This document shows, piece by piece, positions 9,738-22,272 of a stretch of 59,295 nt of DNA. The stretch lies in contig JAUMVS010000001.1 of the NCBI GenBank assembly GCA_030530045.1, forward strand, positions 1-59,295, given 5' to 3'. Source of the stretch: Phoenicibacter congonensis. GTDB lineage: Bacteria > Actinomycetota > Coriobacteriia > Coriobacteriales > Eggerthellaceae. The notes under the pieces are model-generated. The model saw only the letters and a list, made by a program, of their open reading frames with translations. It ran no database searches and was not told where the DNA came from. Position 1 is the stretch's first letter. The number at the start of each line of letters is the position of its first letter. The position numbers and the translations under genes were made by a program.

Positions 9738-10649
9738 ATGACGGCAGGTAAATTAGAGGGAGAGCGCACTGTTATTACTCGCGGTTCTTCGCTTTATCCA
9801 GAGTGTTTAGAGCATATAAACCAGCCGCCAAAAAGGTTATTTGTGCTCGGTAACGTCGAAGCTTTGCAAGAAGGTGTGGCGTTTGTTGGTGCCAGAAAAG
9901 CGACTCCCTATGGCTTGGGCTGCGCCTCGCGATTCGCAAAACTATGTGCAAAAAACAGAGTTGCTGTGATTTCTGGAGGCGCTCTGGGGTGCGATTGCGC
10001 AGCGCAAAGGGCTTGTGTTGAAGAAGGAGGCATCACAGTTTCTTTTGTGCCGAGCATCAATGATGTTTATCCACGGCAAAACTTTGCTCTTTTTCAGCAG
10101 ATTGTTGATTGTGGAGGAGCACTTGTTAGCGAAAACGGATGGGATGTTCCTTGCATGCCTTGGATGTTTCGAATGAGAAACCGTTTGATAGCTGGCCTTG
10201 CAAAAGCAACACTAATTTGTGAGGCTGGCATTCCTTCTGGCACTTTTTCAACTGCCGATGAGGCACTTGCTGCTAATCGCGAAGTGATGGTCGTGCCAGG
10301 GTCGATAACGTCTAAAAATTCTCGAGGCTCTAATCGATTGATTTATCAGGGTGCCACGCCAATTATTGATGATGAGACGTTTGTAGATGAGCTGAGCAGG
10401 TTGTTTGGTTGCTTGCAGTCGAAAAAAATTCCAAGCTTGCCTCAAGGAGTTGAGCTTTCAGAAATCGATGCTACCCTGCTAGAAGCAATTAACTCCTCAA
10501 ATTTGATGGTGGATGAGATCATGTCAGTTGCAAGGAAGTTTTTTAGTGACGAAGAGGTGTTGAGTGAAACGATGATCTGGCTAGCTAAAGCGACCAAAAA
10601 CGGGTGGGTTGCGCGTTATCGAGATGGAACATACGGACCAGTTGTTTAA
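9738..10649 (+). CDS. dprA: DNA-processing protein DprA (Smf)
   Basis: PPKRLFVLG, VGARKATPYG, ISGGALGCD, FRMRNRLIAGL, EAGIPSGT and VPGSI..S.GSNRLI motifs. Confidence 0.93.
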   Translation: MTAGKLEGERTVITRGSSLYPECLEHINQPPKRLFVLGNVEALQEGVAFVGARKATPYGLGCASRFAKLCAKNRVAVISGGALGCDCAAQRACVEEGGITVSFVPSINDVYPRQNFALFQQIVDCGGALVSENGWDVPCMPWMFRMRNRLIAGLAKATLICEAGIPSGTFSTADEALAANREVMVVPGSITSKNSRGSNRLIYQGATPIIDDETFVDELSRLFGCLQSKKIPSLPQGVELSEIDATLLEAINSSNLMVDEIMSVARKFFSDEEVLSETMIWLAKATKNGWVARYRDGTYGPVV

Positions 10650-10763
10650 GCCTCTCGTTATTTATGGATTGAGCTGTTGTCTGACGACGAGATTTCTCGC
10701 ACTCTGCTGATATGGACAACTTGTAATTGATGGTTTGAAATGTGTGTAATTTATAATTGATGC

Positions 10764-12134
10764 ATGAATTTTGAAGGAAAGAAAATAGCAGTTATTGGCG
10801 GCGGGTTAGCTGGCTCTGAGACGGCTTTACAGCTGGCAAAACGAGGCCTTTCGGTAACCCTTTTTGAGATGCGTCCGCAAGCAACAACGCCGGTTCATAA
10901 GTCTTCTGGCCTAGCAGAACTAGTTTGTTCCAACTCTTTAAAAAGCACAAAACCATCAAGCGCGGCAGGCATGTTAAAACACGAGTTAGATGTGCTTGGA
11001 TCTTTTGTTTATCGCGCAGCACTTAACAATAAAGTTGAAGCTGGTGGTGCTCTAGCGGTGGATAGAGATTTGTTTTCACAAGAAATCACTCACCTTGTGG
11101 AAGGCTCGCCAAATATTGAGGTCGTTCGCCAGCAGGTCGCTTCATTGAGTGACCTTGGTGGTTTTGATGCAATCATCGTTGCCAGTGGCCCCATGACAAG
11201 CGAGAGCCTTGCCAATTCCATCTTTTCGATAATTGGCGAGCAAGAGATGCATTTTTATGACGCTGCAGCCCCAATTGTCATGGCTGACTCTTTGAATTAT
11301 GACGTGCTGTTTGGGCAGAATCGTTACGAGGATGCAACAGACGACTCTTCAAGTGATTACCTAAATGCTCCTTTTACAAAAGAGGAATATCTTGCATTTA
11401 TTGAGGCTCTCCTTGATGCAGAAAAAGTAATTCTGAAAGATTTTGAACGAAAAGAGTTGTTCTCGGCGTGTCAGCCGATTGAAGAAATTGCTAGAAGTGG
11501 TGTTGATGCTCCTCGTTTTGGTCCGCTAAAGCCAGTTGGTCTCACCGATCCAAGAACAGGAAAGCGTCCTTGGGCTGTTGTTCAGCTGCGAAGTGAGAAC
11601 AGAAATAGCACAGCGTTTAACCTTGTTGGCTTTCAGACGAACTTGACTTTTCCGGAGCAAAAACGAGTCTTTCATATGATTCCTGGGCTTGAAAATGCAG
11701 AGTTTGCTCGCTATGGAGTGATGCATAAAAACATTTTTGTAAATGCACCGCAAGTTCTTGATAAAAACCTTAAATGTGATTTGTTGTCTAAAACATGTAA
11801 AACACCAGTGTTCATTGCAGGCCAGCTTTCTGGAACTGAAGGCTACCTTGAAGCCGTTAGAAGTGGCCTTCACGCTGCAATTTCTGTTGTTTGTGAACTT
11901 GGCGAGATTGCGGCGCCTGAGCTTTCAAGCTCTACGGTGTTTGGTTCATTAATTGATTACGCATGCGACAACAACACTATCGACTACCAACCGATGCATG
12001 TAAATTTTGGAATCATTGCCCCGCTTGAGCAAAAAATCAAGAACAAGCAGCAGCGCTATTGTGCCTATCAAGAACGTGGCGATGCCGAAATTGAAGCCTA
12101 TAAGAATTCATTAATTCAGGCTGGTGTTTTTTAA
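10764..12134 (+). CDS. trmFO: Folate-dependent tRNA (uracil-54-C5)-methyltransferase TrmFO
   Basis: GGGLAGSE, AELVCSNSL, FYDAAAPIV, FGPLKPVGL, NLVGFQT, RYGVMH and GTEGY motifs. Confidence 0.96.
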   Translation: MNFEGKKIAVIGGGLAGSETALQLAKRGLSVTLFEMRPQATTPVHKSSGLAELVCSNSLKSTKPSSAAGMLKHELDVLGSFVYRAALNNKVEAGGALAVDRDLFSQEITHLVEGSPNIEVVRQQVASLSDLGGFDAIIVASGPMTSESLANSIFSIIGEQEMHFYDAAAPIVMADSLNYDVLFGQNRYEDATDDSSSDYLNAPFTKEEYLAFIEALLDAEKVILKDFERKELFSACQPIEEIARSGVDAPRFGPLKPVGLTDPRTGKRPWAVVQLRSENRNSTAFNLVGFQTNLTFPEQKRVFHMIPGLENAEFARYGVMHKNIFVNAPQVLDKNLKCDLLSKTCKTPVFIAGQLSGTEGYLEAVRSGLHAAISVVCELGEIAAPELSSSTVFGSLIDYACDNNTIDYQPMHVNFGIIAPLEQKIKNKQQRYCAYQERGDAEIEAYKNSLIQAGVF

Positions 12135-13067
12135 ATGGATAGGCTGTTTGATTCACTGGATGTTGGTCTTGAAGACGAAAATGAAGAGTTCACCGACAGG
12201 TTTTGCGAATGGCTTCATTTTGCAGAGTCAAAATCAGAGAATACGGTCAGAAGTTACAGAGTTGATATCCGAGCATTTTTAGCTTGGACTGAAAGACATC
12301 ATTTTGATTTTAGAGATTTAACCCAAAAGCAGCTACGGCTTTATGTTCGAGAGCTCGAAGAGGCTAGGTATTCGAAAACTACGCAAAATCGACACCTCTC
12401 GGCAATTAGAACTTTCTACCGTTGGGCAAATGAGAATAAAGTTTGCTCTTTAGACGTGGTCGTTGGTCTATTCTCGCCCAAAAAAGATTCAAAGTTGCCT
12501 CGCGTAATGAAATTAGAAGAGGTTGTGGCTCTTTTGAAGGTTCACTTGCGAACAAGCGAGGCAAAAGACGTTCGAGACCAAGCATTGCTCGAATTTCTTT
12601 ATGCCTCTGGTGCTCGTGTTTCTGAGGTTTCCGACTTGAAGTTGACGTCAGTGGATTTTGCGCAAATGCAGGTAAAGCTCTTTGGTAAAGGATCCAAAGA
12701 AAGAGTGGTTCCTTTGCATGCTTTTTGTTGTGACTCGATGAAGCGCTACTTGCAAGAGGCTAGGGAAGAGCTGTTAAATGGCAAGACAAATGACTATTTT
12801 TTCGTGTCTAATGCAGGGAATAAGATGTCAACTAATGCAATTCGCTTGATGTTTAAGGACACTCTTAAGCAGGCACACCTTGACCTTTCCTATTCGCCTC
12901 ACGTTTTGCGACACACTTTTGCAACTCACCTTTTGGACGGTGGCGCCGATTTGCGTTCCGTGCAAGAGATGTTAGGTCACGTTAACTTGTCTACTACGCA
13001 AATCTACACGCACGTCTCTGCTGAGTTGATGAAGAGAGAGCACAGTGCTGCACACCCAAGAGGCTAA
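12135..13067 (+). CDS. xerC: Tyrosine recombinase XerC/XerD family
   Basis: GARVSE, GKGSKER and PHVLRHTFATHLL..GADLRSVQEMLGH..LSTTQIYTH motifs; trmFO-xerC synteny favours XerC. Confidence 0.85.
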   Translation: MDRLFDSLDVGLEDENEEFTDRFCEWLHFAESKSENTVRSYRVDIRAFLAWTERHHFDFRDLTQKQLRLYVRELEEARYSKTTQNRHLSAIRTFYRWANENKVCSLDVVVGLFSPKKDSKLPRVMKLEEVVALLKVHLRTSEAKDVRDQALLEFLYASGARVSEVSDLKLTSVDFAQMQVKLFGKGSKERVVPLHAFCCDSMKRYLQEAREELLNGKTNDYFFVSNAGNKMSTNAIRLMFKDTLKQAHLDLSYSPHVLRHTFATHLLDGGADLRSVQEMLGHVNLSTTQIYTHVSAELMKREHSAAHPRG

Positions 13068-13133
13068 CTTTTCTAGGTCTATAATTTTGGGTTGCGATAA
13101 AACTACATTTTTACTCATAGGAAGTTTTTAAAA

Positions 13134-16013
13134 ATGGCTGAAAAAGACATAGTCGTTAGAGGTGCAAGACAGCACAATTTAAAAAATGTTGACGTAACAA
13201 TTCCACGAGATAAATTCGTTGTTATAACTGGCCTTTCAGGTTCTGGAAAGTCATCTTTGGCCTTCGATACAATTTATGCGGAAGGCCAGCGTCGCTATGT
13301 TGAGTCGCTCAGTTCCTATGCCCGCATGTTTTTAGGACAGGCAAACAAGCCTGACGTTGATTCTATTGACGGACTTTCTCCAGCTGTCTCAATTGATCAG
13401 AAGACAACTTCAAAAAACCCTCGCTCTACCGTCGGTACCACGACTGAAATTTATGATTATTTGCGTCTTCTTTTTGCAAGATGCGGAGTTGCTCATTGCC
13501 CAGTGTGCGGAAAAGCTGTAAAAGAGCAAACCACCGACCAGGTTGTAAAAGAGGTTTTGACGCTTAAAGAAGATGAAAACTCAGTTGCAATCGTGATGGC
13601 GCCAGTGGTTCTCGGAAGAAAAGGCGAATTCACACACCTTTTTTCTGACCTTCTAAAAGAAGGCTTCACAAGGGTTCGCATTGACGGCAAAATTATAAAG
13701 CTCGATGGAGAGCCAATTAAGCTTGACAAGCAAGTAAAGCACTTCATTGACGTTGTTCTAGATAGAGTAAAAATCAGTGAATCGAATGTTTCTCGCCTGG
13801 CCGAGGCAATCGAGAATGCAACGAAAATCTCTGACAAGCAAGTGCTTGTGAAAGTTGTTGATAAAACAAAAAAGCAAGAAGATGTAACTACATTTTCAAG
13901 CGGAGCTCGCTCAGAAATGCCACCTGATGAACACTTGTTTTCGTTGGCCCTTGCATGCCCTGAGCACGGTTTTTCAATCAACAAACTTGAACCTCGTGAC
14001 TTTTCTTTTAATGCGCCATATGGTTCGTGCCCTGACTGCTTGGGAATTGGCTCTAACGAGGAGCCTGACCCCGAGCTCATTATTCCCGATAAAGACCTCT
14101 CGATTGAAGAGGGGGCGATTGAGCCATTCAGGCATGGAAATTACTACCCGCAACTCATTCGCGCGGTGTTAAAGCACATGGGAGAGTCGCCCGACACTCC
14201 CTACAAAAAGCTCAAAAAAGCAACACAGCATGCGCTTCTTTATGGCTTAGGCGACACTCAAATTCGTGTTGACTACCACACGCTTGATGGCCGAAACACC
14301 TACTGGAAAAAGGCTTGGTGCGGGCTTTTAGCTGCAGTAGAAGAGCGCTACATGGAAGCCTCAAGCGACAGGCAGCGCGAGAAGCTTAGTCGCTATTTTT
14401 CTATTGTTCCATGCCAAACCTGCCACGGACGCCGCCTGAAGCCTGAGATTTTGGCTGTCACTATTGAAGGCAAATCAATCATTGACGTTTGTGAAATGTC
14501 TTCTGCAGAATGCCTCAAATTTTTTGAGAGCTTGAAATTTGAGGGCGCAGAGGCTGAAATTGCTAACCCGATTTTGAAAGAAATTTGTGCACGTCTTAAC
14601 TTCCTGGTTAGTGTTGGGCTTGATTACTTAACGCTAGATCGAGCAACTGCTACTCTTTCTGGCGGCGAATCGCAGCGCATTCGTCTTGCAACTCAAATCG
14701 GTTCTGGTCTTGTTGGGGTTCTCTACATTTTGGATGAGCCTTCAATTGGCCTGCACCAGCGAGATAACGATCGCTTGATTGCACAGCTAAAACACTTGCG
14801 TGACCTGGGCAACACTGTGGTTGTAGTTGAGCACGACGAAGACACAATTAGAAGCGCCGACTTTGTTGTCGACATGGGACCTCGTGCTGGAGAGCATGGC
14901 GGTGAGGTTGTGGCTTCTGGCAGTGTCGCAAAAATTATGAAAGCAAAGAATTCTCTTACTGCCGATTATCTAACGGGTAAGAGAAAGATTGAAGTTCCAA
15001 GCACTCGTCGTAAGGCAACTAAGGGTTTTTTGACGCTCACTGGCGCTAGTCAAAATAACCTCAAATCGGCAAATTTGAAAGTTCCTCTGGGAACTCTGAC
15101 CGTCATTACTGGCGTTTCAGGTTCTGGCAAAAGTTCGCTCATCATTGACACACTTGCGCCTGTGCTGGCTAACAAGCTAAATCATGCGCACAGAAAAGCT
15201 GGCGATTTTAAGAAAATTACAGGCCTAGACAAGCTAGACAAGTTGATTTCTATTGATCAAAGTCCTATTGGCAGAACTCCAAGGTCAAACCCTGCGACCT
15301 ATGTTGGCCTTTGGGACGACATTAGGCAGCTTTTCGCTAGCACGCCTGATGCGAAGGCTAAAGGCTTTGGGCCTGGCCGTTTTTCATTTAATGTTTCTGA
15401 TGGTCGTTGTGAAGCTTGCAAAGGTGATGGTCAAATCAAGATTGAAATGCACTTTTTGCCCGACATTTATGTTCCTTGTGAACAGTGTGGAGGAAAGAGA
15501 TACAACAACGAAACTCTCACTGTTTATTATCGCGGGAAGAACATTTATGACGTGCTTGAGATGACGGTCGATGAGGCACTCGAGTTTTTCCATAACATTC
15601 CAGCGATTAAACGCAAGCTTCAAACTCTTCACGACGTTGGGCTTGGCTACATTCATCTTGGTCAAGGCGCCACAACTCTTTCTGGTGGTGAAGCCCAGCG
15701 TGTCAAACTGGCAAGTGAGCTACAAAAGAAGCAAACTGGCAAAACGTTCTACATTCTTGACGAGCCAACAACTGGGCTTCATTTTGAAGATGTGCGACAG
15801 CTGCTCGAGGTATTGCAGTCGCTAGTTGACAAAGGCAACACCGTTCTCGTTATCGAGCACAACCTCGATGTAATCAAGTCGGCTGACTGGATTGTTGATT
15901 TGGGTCCTGAGGGTGGAAACGCAGGTGGCGAGATTGTAGTTTGCGGTACACCGGAAGATGTAGCAAAGTGTAAGCAGTCCTACACTGGGCAGTTTTTGAA
16001 ATCTATGCTGTAA
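13134..16013 (+). CDS. uvrA: Excinuclease ABC subunit A
   Basis: Two ABC cassettes ([18 protein letters not shown]; [16 protein letters not shown]), zinc-finger Cys pairs and [13 protein letters not shown]. Confidence 0.98.
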   Translation: MAEKDIVVRGARQHNLKNVDVTIPRDKFVVITGLSGSGKSSLAFDTIYAEGQRRYVESLSSYARMFLGQANKPDVDSIDGLSPAVSIDQKTTSKNPRSTVGTTTEIYDYLRLLFARCGVAHCPVCGKAVKEQTTDQVVKEVLTLKEDENSVAIVMAPVVLGRKGEFTHLFSDLLKEGFTRVRIDGKIIKLDGEPIKLDKQVKHFIDVVLDRVKISESNVSRLAEAIENATKISDKQVLVKVVDKTKKQEDVTTFSSGARSEMPPDEHLFSLALACPEHGFSINKLEPRDFSFNAPYGSCPDCLGIGSNEEPDPELIIPDKDLSIEEGAIEPFRHGNYYPQLIRAVLKHMGESPDTPYKKLKKATQHALLYGLGDTQIRVDYHTLDGRNTYWKKAWCGLLAAVEERYMEASSDRQREKLSRYFSIVPCQTCHGRRLKPEILAVTIEGKSIIDVCEMSSAECLKFFESLKFEGAEAEIANPILKEICARLNFLVSVGLDYLTLDRATATLSGGESQRIRLATQIGSGLVGVLYILDEPSIGLHQRDNDRLIAQLKHLRDLGNTVVVVEHDEDTIRSADFVVDMGPRAGEHGGEVVASGSVAKIMKAKNSLTADYLTGKRKIEVPSTRRKATKGFLTLTGASQNNLKSANLKVPLGTLTVITGVSGSGKSSLIIDTLAPVLANKLNHAHRKAGDFKKITGLDKLDKLISIDQSPIGRTPRSNPATYVGLWDDIRQLFASTPDAKAKGFGPGRFSFNVSDGRCEACKGDGQIKIEMHFLPDIYVPCEQCGGKRYNNETLTVYYRGKNIYDVLEMTVDEALEFFHNIPAIKRKLQTLHDVGLGYIHLGQGATTLSGGEAQRVKLASELQKKQTGKTFYILDEPTTGLHFEDVRQLLEVLQSLVDKGNTVLVIEHNLDVIKSADWIVDLGPEGGNAGGEIVVCGTPEDVAKCKQSYTGQFLKSML

Positions 16014-16025
16014 ATTATTAGTTGC

Positions 16026-16922
16026 ATGTACGAAGATTTTTCGACAGAACAAGAAGAGTTTCGTGAAGACAACACGCTGCGAGAAAAGATCGCGCTTGTT
16101 GTCTTTGTGGTCGTATTAGCGATTTGTGCAGCTGTAATTATTTTCTATTTCGGGTTTTCAACGTCTTTTAATGTGGTTGCCACTAAGGTGGACGAAAAAT
16201 TCGGGACGATGGATTTTTGCTACTCAATTGTCTACAAGGGAATAGGCGAGGAAGCTGCCATCGGCACGATTTCAGATGCTTCTGCTTCTAGCGCAAAAAC
16301 TACAGGCAGTGAAGATTCGGAAAATACAGAAACTACTTCAAACTCAGCATCAGATTCAAGTGGTGACACCGAATCAGGCGACGAAGACTTAAACGAGAGC
16401 AAAGAAAAAGCTTCGGTTGCTGAGGAAGAAGAAACGCTTCGTCAAGCTTTTAGTTCTGTGTTGATTTCGGGGTTAAGTCCAGTCTATGTCTCTGATGTGA
16501 GAAGTGACTATCTCGATAAAAACTCTGAGGTTGTAACTATTGACATGCAAGAGATTGTTGACTCAGGCGAGCCAACTGTCTTGAAGTTTGGCTCTAAAAC
16601 GCTTGGCATTTTCTCGATCAACAATTACTACACAAAAGCGGCAATTCAAGGTGTGGTTTCGCAGCTTAAAGCCGATGGTGCCGATGTAATTATGTGCATT
16701 GCTCCTCGCTCAAACATGTTTGGCACCTATGAAGGAATCGACGCAGTTTTGTGCACCAAAGAAAAAAGCCCCTCAGAAACTTCCGAGGGGCGAGTTGATA
16801 ACACGTTTATCTTCAGGTCGCCAAATCCAGCTTGCGTTGGCGTTATCTCAATTTCCGATTCGAATGTCTTTATTCAAAGCGTAGTCTTTCCGACATTGCC
16901 AACTTCTGAAGACGAAAGTTAA
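16026..16922 (+). CDS. Hypothetical single-pass membrane protein with Ser/Glu-rich linker and a possible degenerate metallophosphoesterase-like C-terminal region
   Basis: Hydrophobic run IALVVFVVVLAICAAVIIFYFGF; low-complexity S/T/E/D segment; C-terminal VSQLKADGADVIMCIA...GIDAVL pattern. Confidence 0.75.
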   Translation: MYEDFSTEQEEFREDNTLREKIALVVFVVVLAICAAVIIFYFGFSTSFNVVATKVDEKFGTMDFCYSIVYKGIGEEAAIGTISDASASSAKTTGSEDSENTETTSNSASDSSGDTESGDEDLNESKEKASVAEEEETLRQAFSSVLISGLSPVYVSDVRSDYLDKNSEVVTIDMQEIVDSGEPTVLKFGSKTLGIFSINNYYTKAAIQGVVSQLKADGADVIMCIAPRSNMFGTYEGIDAVLCTKEKSPSETSEGRVDNTFIFRSPNPACVGVISISDSNVFIQSVVFPTLPTSEDES

Positions 16923-16931
16923 CGAGCTAGC

Positions 16932-18377
<1,446 letters not shown>

Positions 18378-18452
18378 TTAAATCACGTCAAAAAGTGCGC
18401 TCTGTACTGCTAAAGTTTTGCTTGTTACAAATTTGTTTCAAAGGAGTTACTC

Positions 18453-18956
18453 GTGTCTGCACACAATCGAGTTTTGGTCGTAATGGGCTCAATTTCAGAC
18501 GCCGATACCGTCTTAAAATGTACCGACATTCTCAAAAAATTTGATGTTGGTTTCGAGGCGCACGTCATCTCAGCACACAGAACTGCTGACGCTGCAGCTA
18601 AAGCTGCAAAGACTGCAAAAGAGCAGGGCTTTGGCGTAATCATTTGCGCAGCTGGCATGGCTGCACATCTTGCAGGGGCTTTTGCGGCACACACCACTCT
18701 TCCAATCATCGGGCTTCCTCTTTCTGGAGGAATTGAAGACGGAATGGATGCTTTGCTTTCAACCGTTCAAATGCCTAGCGGTTTCCCTGTTGCTACAGTT
18801 GCTGTAAATGGCGCAAAAAATGCTGCCTACCTCGCAATTTCAATTCTTGCTTTAAGTGATGATGACCTTGCGGCTAAGCTAGAGGATTTCCGCAGCAAAA
18901 CAATTGATGAAATCAAACAAAAAGACGAGCAATTGCAAAACATGCTCAATTCATAA
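18453..18956 (+). CDS. purE: N5-CAIR mutase / AIR carboxylase PurE
   Basis: MGSISD, SAHRT, AGMAAHL and STVQMPSGFPVATV motifs; GTG start with SD AAGGAG. Confidence 0.96.
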   Translation: MSAHNRVLVVMGSISDADTVLKCTDILKKFDVGFEAHVISAHRTADAAAKAAKTAKEQGFGVIICAAGMAAHLAGAFAAHTTLPIIGLPLSGGIEDGMDALLSTVQMPSGFPVATVAVNGAKNAAYLAISILALSDDDLAAKLEDFRSKTIDEIKQKDEQLQNMLNS

Positions 18957-19002
18957 ATGGCAATAATGGTTTTTTAAAGCTTTAATTTTTTAGGAGGATA
19001 AG

Positions 19003-19716
19003 TTGAGCTTCGAAACAAAAGAAATGCTCTACGAGGGCAAAGCAAAACAGGTTTTTGCTACAAACGACGAAAACATCGTTATGGTTCACTACAAAGACGA
19101 CGCTACTGCTGGTGACGGCGCCAAAAAAGGAACCATTAAAGACAAGGGAATTGTCAACAATAAGCTTTCAAACGCCATTATGCAAAAGCTTGAAAAAGCA
19201 GGCATCCCAACTCATTATGTTGAAGAGGTCAACGACCGCGACACTTTCGTAAAAAAGGTCGACATTGTTCCTCTTGAGGTAATCATCAGAAACGTTGCGG
19301 CAGGCTCTTTCTCAAAGCGCATGGGAGTCGAGGAGGGAACTGAGCTTCTGACACCAATTCTGGAGTTTAGCTACAAAAATGACGACCTTCATGACCCACT
19401 AATCAATCATTACTATGCGTTGGCGCTCGGTCTTGCTACTCAAGAAGAAATCGACAAGATTACTGAGTATGCTTTTAAAGTAAACGAGCAGTTGATTGAC
19501 ATTATGGATGCGGCAAACATTCGCCTCATCGATTTCAAGATTGAGTTTGGCAGAACTCCAGACGGAACAATCATTCTTGCTGACGAAATTTCACCTGACA
19601 CTTGCCGTTTCTGGGACAAAACCACAGGTGAGCATCTTGATAAAGACCTTTTCCGTCGCGATCTTGGCGGTGAGCAAGGTGCCTATCAAGAGGTAATGAA
19701 GAGATTGATCGGTTAG
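19003..19716 (+). CDS. purC: SAICAR synthetase
   Basis: [19 protein letters not shown] and DFKIEFG...[14 protein letters not shown] motifs; TTG start with SD AGGAGG. Confidence 0.97.
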   Translation: MSFETKEMLYEGKAKQVFATNDENIVMVHYKDDATAGDGAKKGTIKDKGIVNNKLSNAIMQKLEKAGIPTHYVEEVNDRDTFVKKVDIVPLEVIIRNVAAGSFSKRMGVEEGTELLTPILEFSYKNDDLHDPLINHYYALALGLATQEEIDKITEYAFKVNEQLIDIMDAANIRLIDFKIEFGRTPDGTIILADEISPDTCRFWDKTTGEHLDKDLFRRDLGGEQGAYQEVMKRLIG

Positions 19717-19745
19717 TTTTTAACCTTAAAAACAGAAAGAATAAA

Positions 19746-21221
19746 TTGGCAACTGAATTTGAAATGACCCCCGAAATTAAGCTGGGGGAGGAGTGCGGCG
19801 TCTTTGGAATCTATGACAAAGCCGGTGAGATGGATTTGCCCTACGAGACCTATCGCGCACTTTTATCTTTGCAGCACAGAGGTCAGGAAAGCTGCGGAAT
19901 TGCTCTAAACGTTGACGGCGTTTTGTCGGGAATTACCGGCATGGGTCTTGTCAGTGACGTTTTTACAAAGAGGGTTCTAGAAGACCTCGACACTAACGCT
20001 AAAATGGCTACTGGTCATGTCCGTTATGCGACTAGCGGCCTTCGAACCCTTGCAAACGCTCAGCCTATGATTGTGCGTCACTCAAAGGGCTCACTTGCAC
20101 TTTCTCACAACGGAAACCTTACAAATGCAACCTATTTGCGCCACGAACTTGAAGCTCGTGGCTCAATTTTTCATGGTACGTCTGACACAGAAATCATCAC
20201 TCACTTGATTACTCAGGCAAGAATCGATTCTGACAACATTGAGTCGGCAATTCTTAAAGTCATGGACATCATCGAGGGTGCCTATTGTCTCGTCGTGATG
20301 AGTGCAACTAAGCTCATTGCAGTGCGCGACCCTCACGGAATTCGTCCGCTTTGTATTGGCACACTCGAAGGTGGCGGCTATGTTGTCGCTAGTGAGTCTT
20401 GTGCCCTTGACACCGTTGGTGCCACACTTCTTCGAGATGTTGAGCCTGGTGAGATTGTCGTTTTTGACTACAACGGAATGCGCTCTATTAAAGACAAATG
20501 CAAGACTAAGCCTTTTAATCTTTGCGTTTTTGAATACATGTATTTTGCTCGCCCCGACTCAATCATTGAAAACACTTGCGTTCATGAGTCTAGAGTTGAA
20601 GCGGGCAAGCTTTTGGCTCGTTCGCATCCTGCCGATGCCGATGTGGTCATTGGCGCTCCTGATTCTGGCCTCGATGCAGCTCAGGGTTTTGCGCAAGAAA
20701 GCGGAATTCCATATGCAACCGGCATTGTCAAGAATAAATATGTCGGCAGAAGCTTTATCCAGGGTTCTCAGAAAGAGCGCGCGAACACTGTGCGCATTAA
20801 GCTAAACCCAATCCCTTCAACGATTAAGGGCAAGCGTGTTGTGCTTGTCGATGACTCAATTGTTCGAGGCACAACGTCGCAGCGTTTGATTAAATTGCTC
20901 TATCGCGCAGGTGCTAAAGAAGTGCACTTCAGAGTGTCTTCGCCTCCATTTAGGCACCCTTGTTATTTCGGCACCGATGTTCCTGATGCCGATTTGCTCG
21001 TGGCAACAAACAGGTCCGATGAAGAAATTCGAGAGATTCTTGGTTGTGACAGCCTTGGCTATTTGTCGCTAGACGATGCCACAAAGCTTGCAATTAATTC
21101 AGATTGCGGTTTTTGCTTGGGCTGTTTTAATAATGAATATCCATTAGAAATAAAAGATTCGGGTGAAATTGAAACTCACATGCGTCCGTTGAGTCAATCG
21201 GGCACAGGTAAAAAGATTTAA
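19746..21221 (+). CDS. purF: Amidophosphoribosyltransferase (propeptide/Fe-S type)
   Basis: EECGVFG, LQHRGQES, GHVRYAT, VDDSIVRGTT, PCYFG and CGFCLGCF motifs. The start could instead be ATG 19764. Confidence 0.96.
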   Translation: MATEFEMTPEIKLGEECGVFGIYDKAGEMDLPYETYRALLSLQHRGQESCGIALNVDGVLSGITGMGLVSDVFTKRVLEDLDTNAKMATGHVRYATSGLRTLANAQPMIVRHSKGSLALSHNGNLTNATYLRHELEARGSIFHGTSDTEIITHLITQARIDSDNIESAILKVMDIIEGAYCLVVMSATKLIAVRDPHGIRPLCIGTLEGGGYVVASESCALDTVGATLLRDVEPGEIVVFDYNGMRSIKDKCKTKPFNLCVFEYMYFARPDSIIENTCVHESRVEAGKLLARSHPADADVVIGAPDSGLDAAQGFAQESGIPYATGIVKNKYVGRSFIQGSQKERANTVRIKLNPIPSTIKGKRVVLVDDSIVRGTTSQRLIKLLYRAGAKEVHFRVSSPPFRHPCYFGTDVPDADLLVATNRSDEEIREILGCDSLGYLSLDDATKLAINSDCGFCLGCFNNEYPLEIKDSGEIETHMRPLSQSGTGKKI

Positions 21222-21240
21222 GTTTAGGAGTTGAGTTACT

Positions 21241-22272
21241 TTGGGTAAATATGCTGAAGCTGGCGTAGATGTCGAAGCAGGCTATCGCGCAGTTGAACTA
21301 ATGAAAAAGCACGTTGCCAGAACAACACGTGAAGAATGTGTTGGCGGTCTTGGTGGCTTTGGTGGCGCTTTTTCTATTAAGAACAATGTCTCTAACATGA
21401 CATCTCCAACCCTTGTTTCTGGAACTGATGGAGTTGGCACAAAGTTAAAGATTGCTCACATTCTTGACAAGCATGACACTGTCGGCATCGATTGCGTGGC
21501 AATGTGTGTAAACGACATCGCTTGTGCTGGCGCAGAGCCTCTTTTGTTCCTTGACTACATAGCATGCGGAAAGAACAATCCTGAAAAAATTGAGCAAATC
21601 GTAGCTGGAATTTCTGATGGCTGCGTTATGGCGGGTTGTGCGCTCGTTGGTGGCGAAACAGCTGAGATGCCTGGTTTTTATGCGGAAAATGAATATGACT
21701 TGGCGGGTTTCTCGGTTGGTCTCATTGATGCTGACAACATGATTTCACCTGATGACCAAAAGTTAGGGGATGTCATCGTTGGCCTTGAATCGTCTGGCGT
21801 TCACTCAAATGGTTTTTCGCTTGTACGCAAGCTTTTCGACATCGACAATAATCCCGATGTTTTAAATAAACACTACGATGAGCTCGGCAAAACTCTTGGT
21901 GAGGAACTCATTACTCCAACAAGAATTTATGTAAAGCCATTGCTCGAGATGACGAAGAAGCAACTTTCAAAAGGCTTTATGCACATCACAGGTGGTGGAT
22001 TCATCGAAAATCTTCCACGTGGAATTAAGCCTGGTCTTGCTGCGCAAATCACAAAGAGCAAAGTCCCAGTTAAGCCAATCTTTAAGCTGATGCAGCAAGT
22101 TGGCGAAATTGAAGACGATGACATTTACAACACCTTCAACATGGGAATTGGCATGTGCGTTGTCACAGCGCCTGAAAATGTTGATGAAGTAATTTCAATC
22201 TCAGAAAAGTTTGGCGACAAAGCTCATGTAATTGGCGAGCTTGTCGAAGGAGAGAAAGTGAGCTTTTTGTGA
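21241..22272 (+). CDS. purM: AIR synthetase
   Basis: [46 protein letters not shown] and FNMGIG motifs. Confidence 0.97.
   Translation: MGKYAEAGVDVEAGYRAVELMKKHVARTTREECVGGLGGFGGAFSIKNNVSNMTSPTLVSGTDGVGTKLKIAHILDKHDTVGIDCVAMCVNDIACAGAEPLLFLDYIACGKNNPEKIEQIVAGISDGCVMAGCALVGGETAEMPGFYAENEYDLAGFSVGLIDADNMISPDDQKLGDVIVGLESSGVHSNGFSLVRKLFDIDNNPDVLNKHYDELGKTLGEELITPTRIYVKPLLEMTKKQLSKGFMHITGGGFIENLPRGIKPGLAAQITKSKVPVKPIFKLMQQVGEIEDDDIYNTFNMGIGMCVVTAPENVDEVISISEKFGDKAHVIGELVEGEKVSFL

Noticed and set aside
12135-13067. Tyrosine recombinase as the integrase of a mobile element
   Set aside because: Xer-type size and motifs, in housekeeping trmFO-xerC context with no adjacent tRNA, att repeats or phage/ICE genes.
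13068-13133. LexA/SOS box upstream of uvrA (also checked upstream of uvrC, the addB-like gene and the J-HIRAN operon)
   Set aside because: No GAAC-N4-GTTC or CTGT-N8-ACAG match was found by eye.
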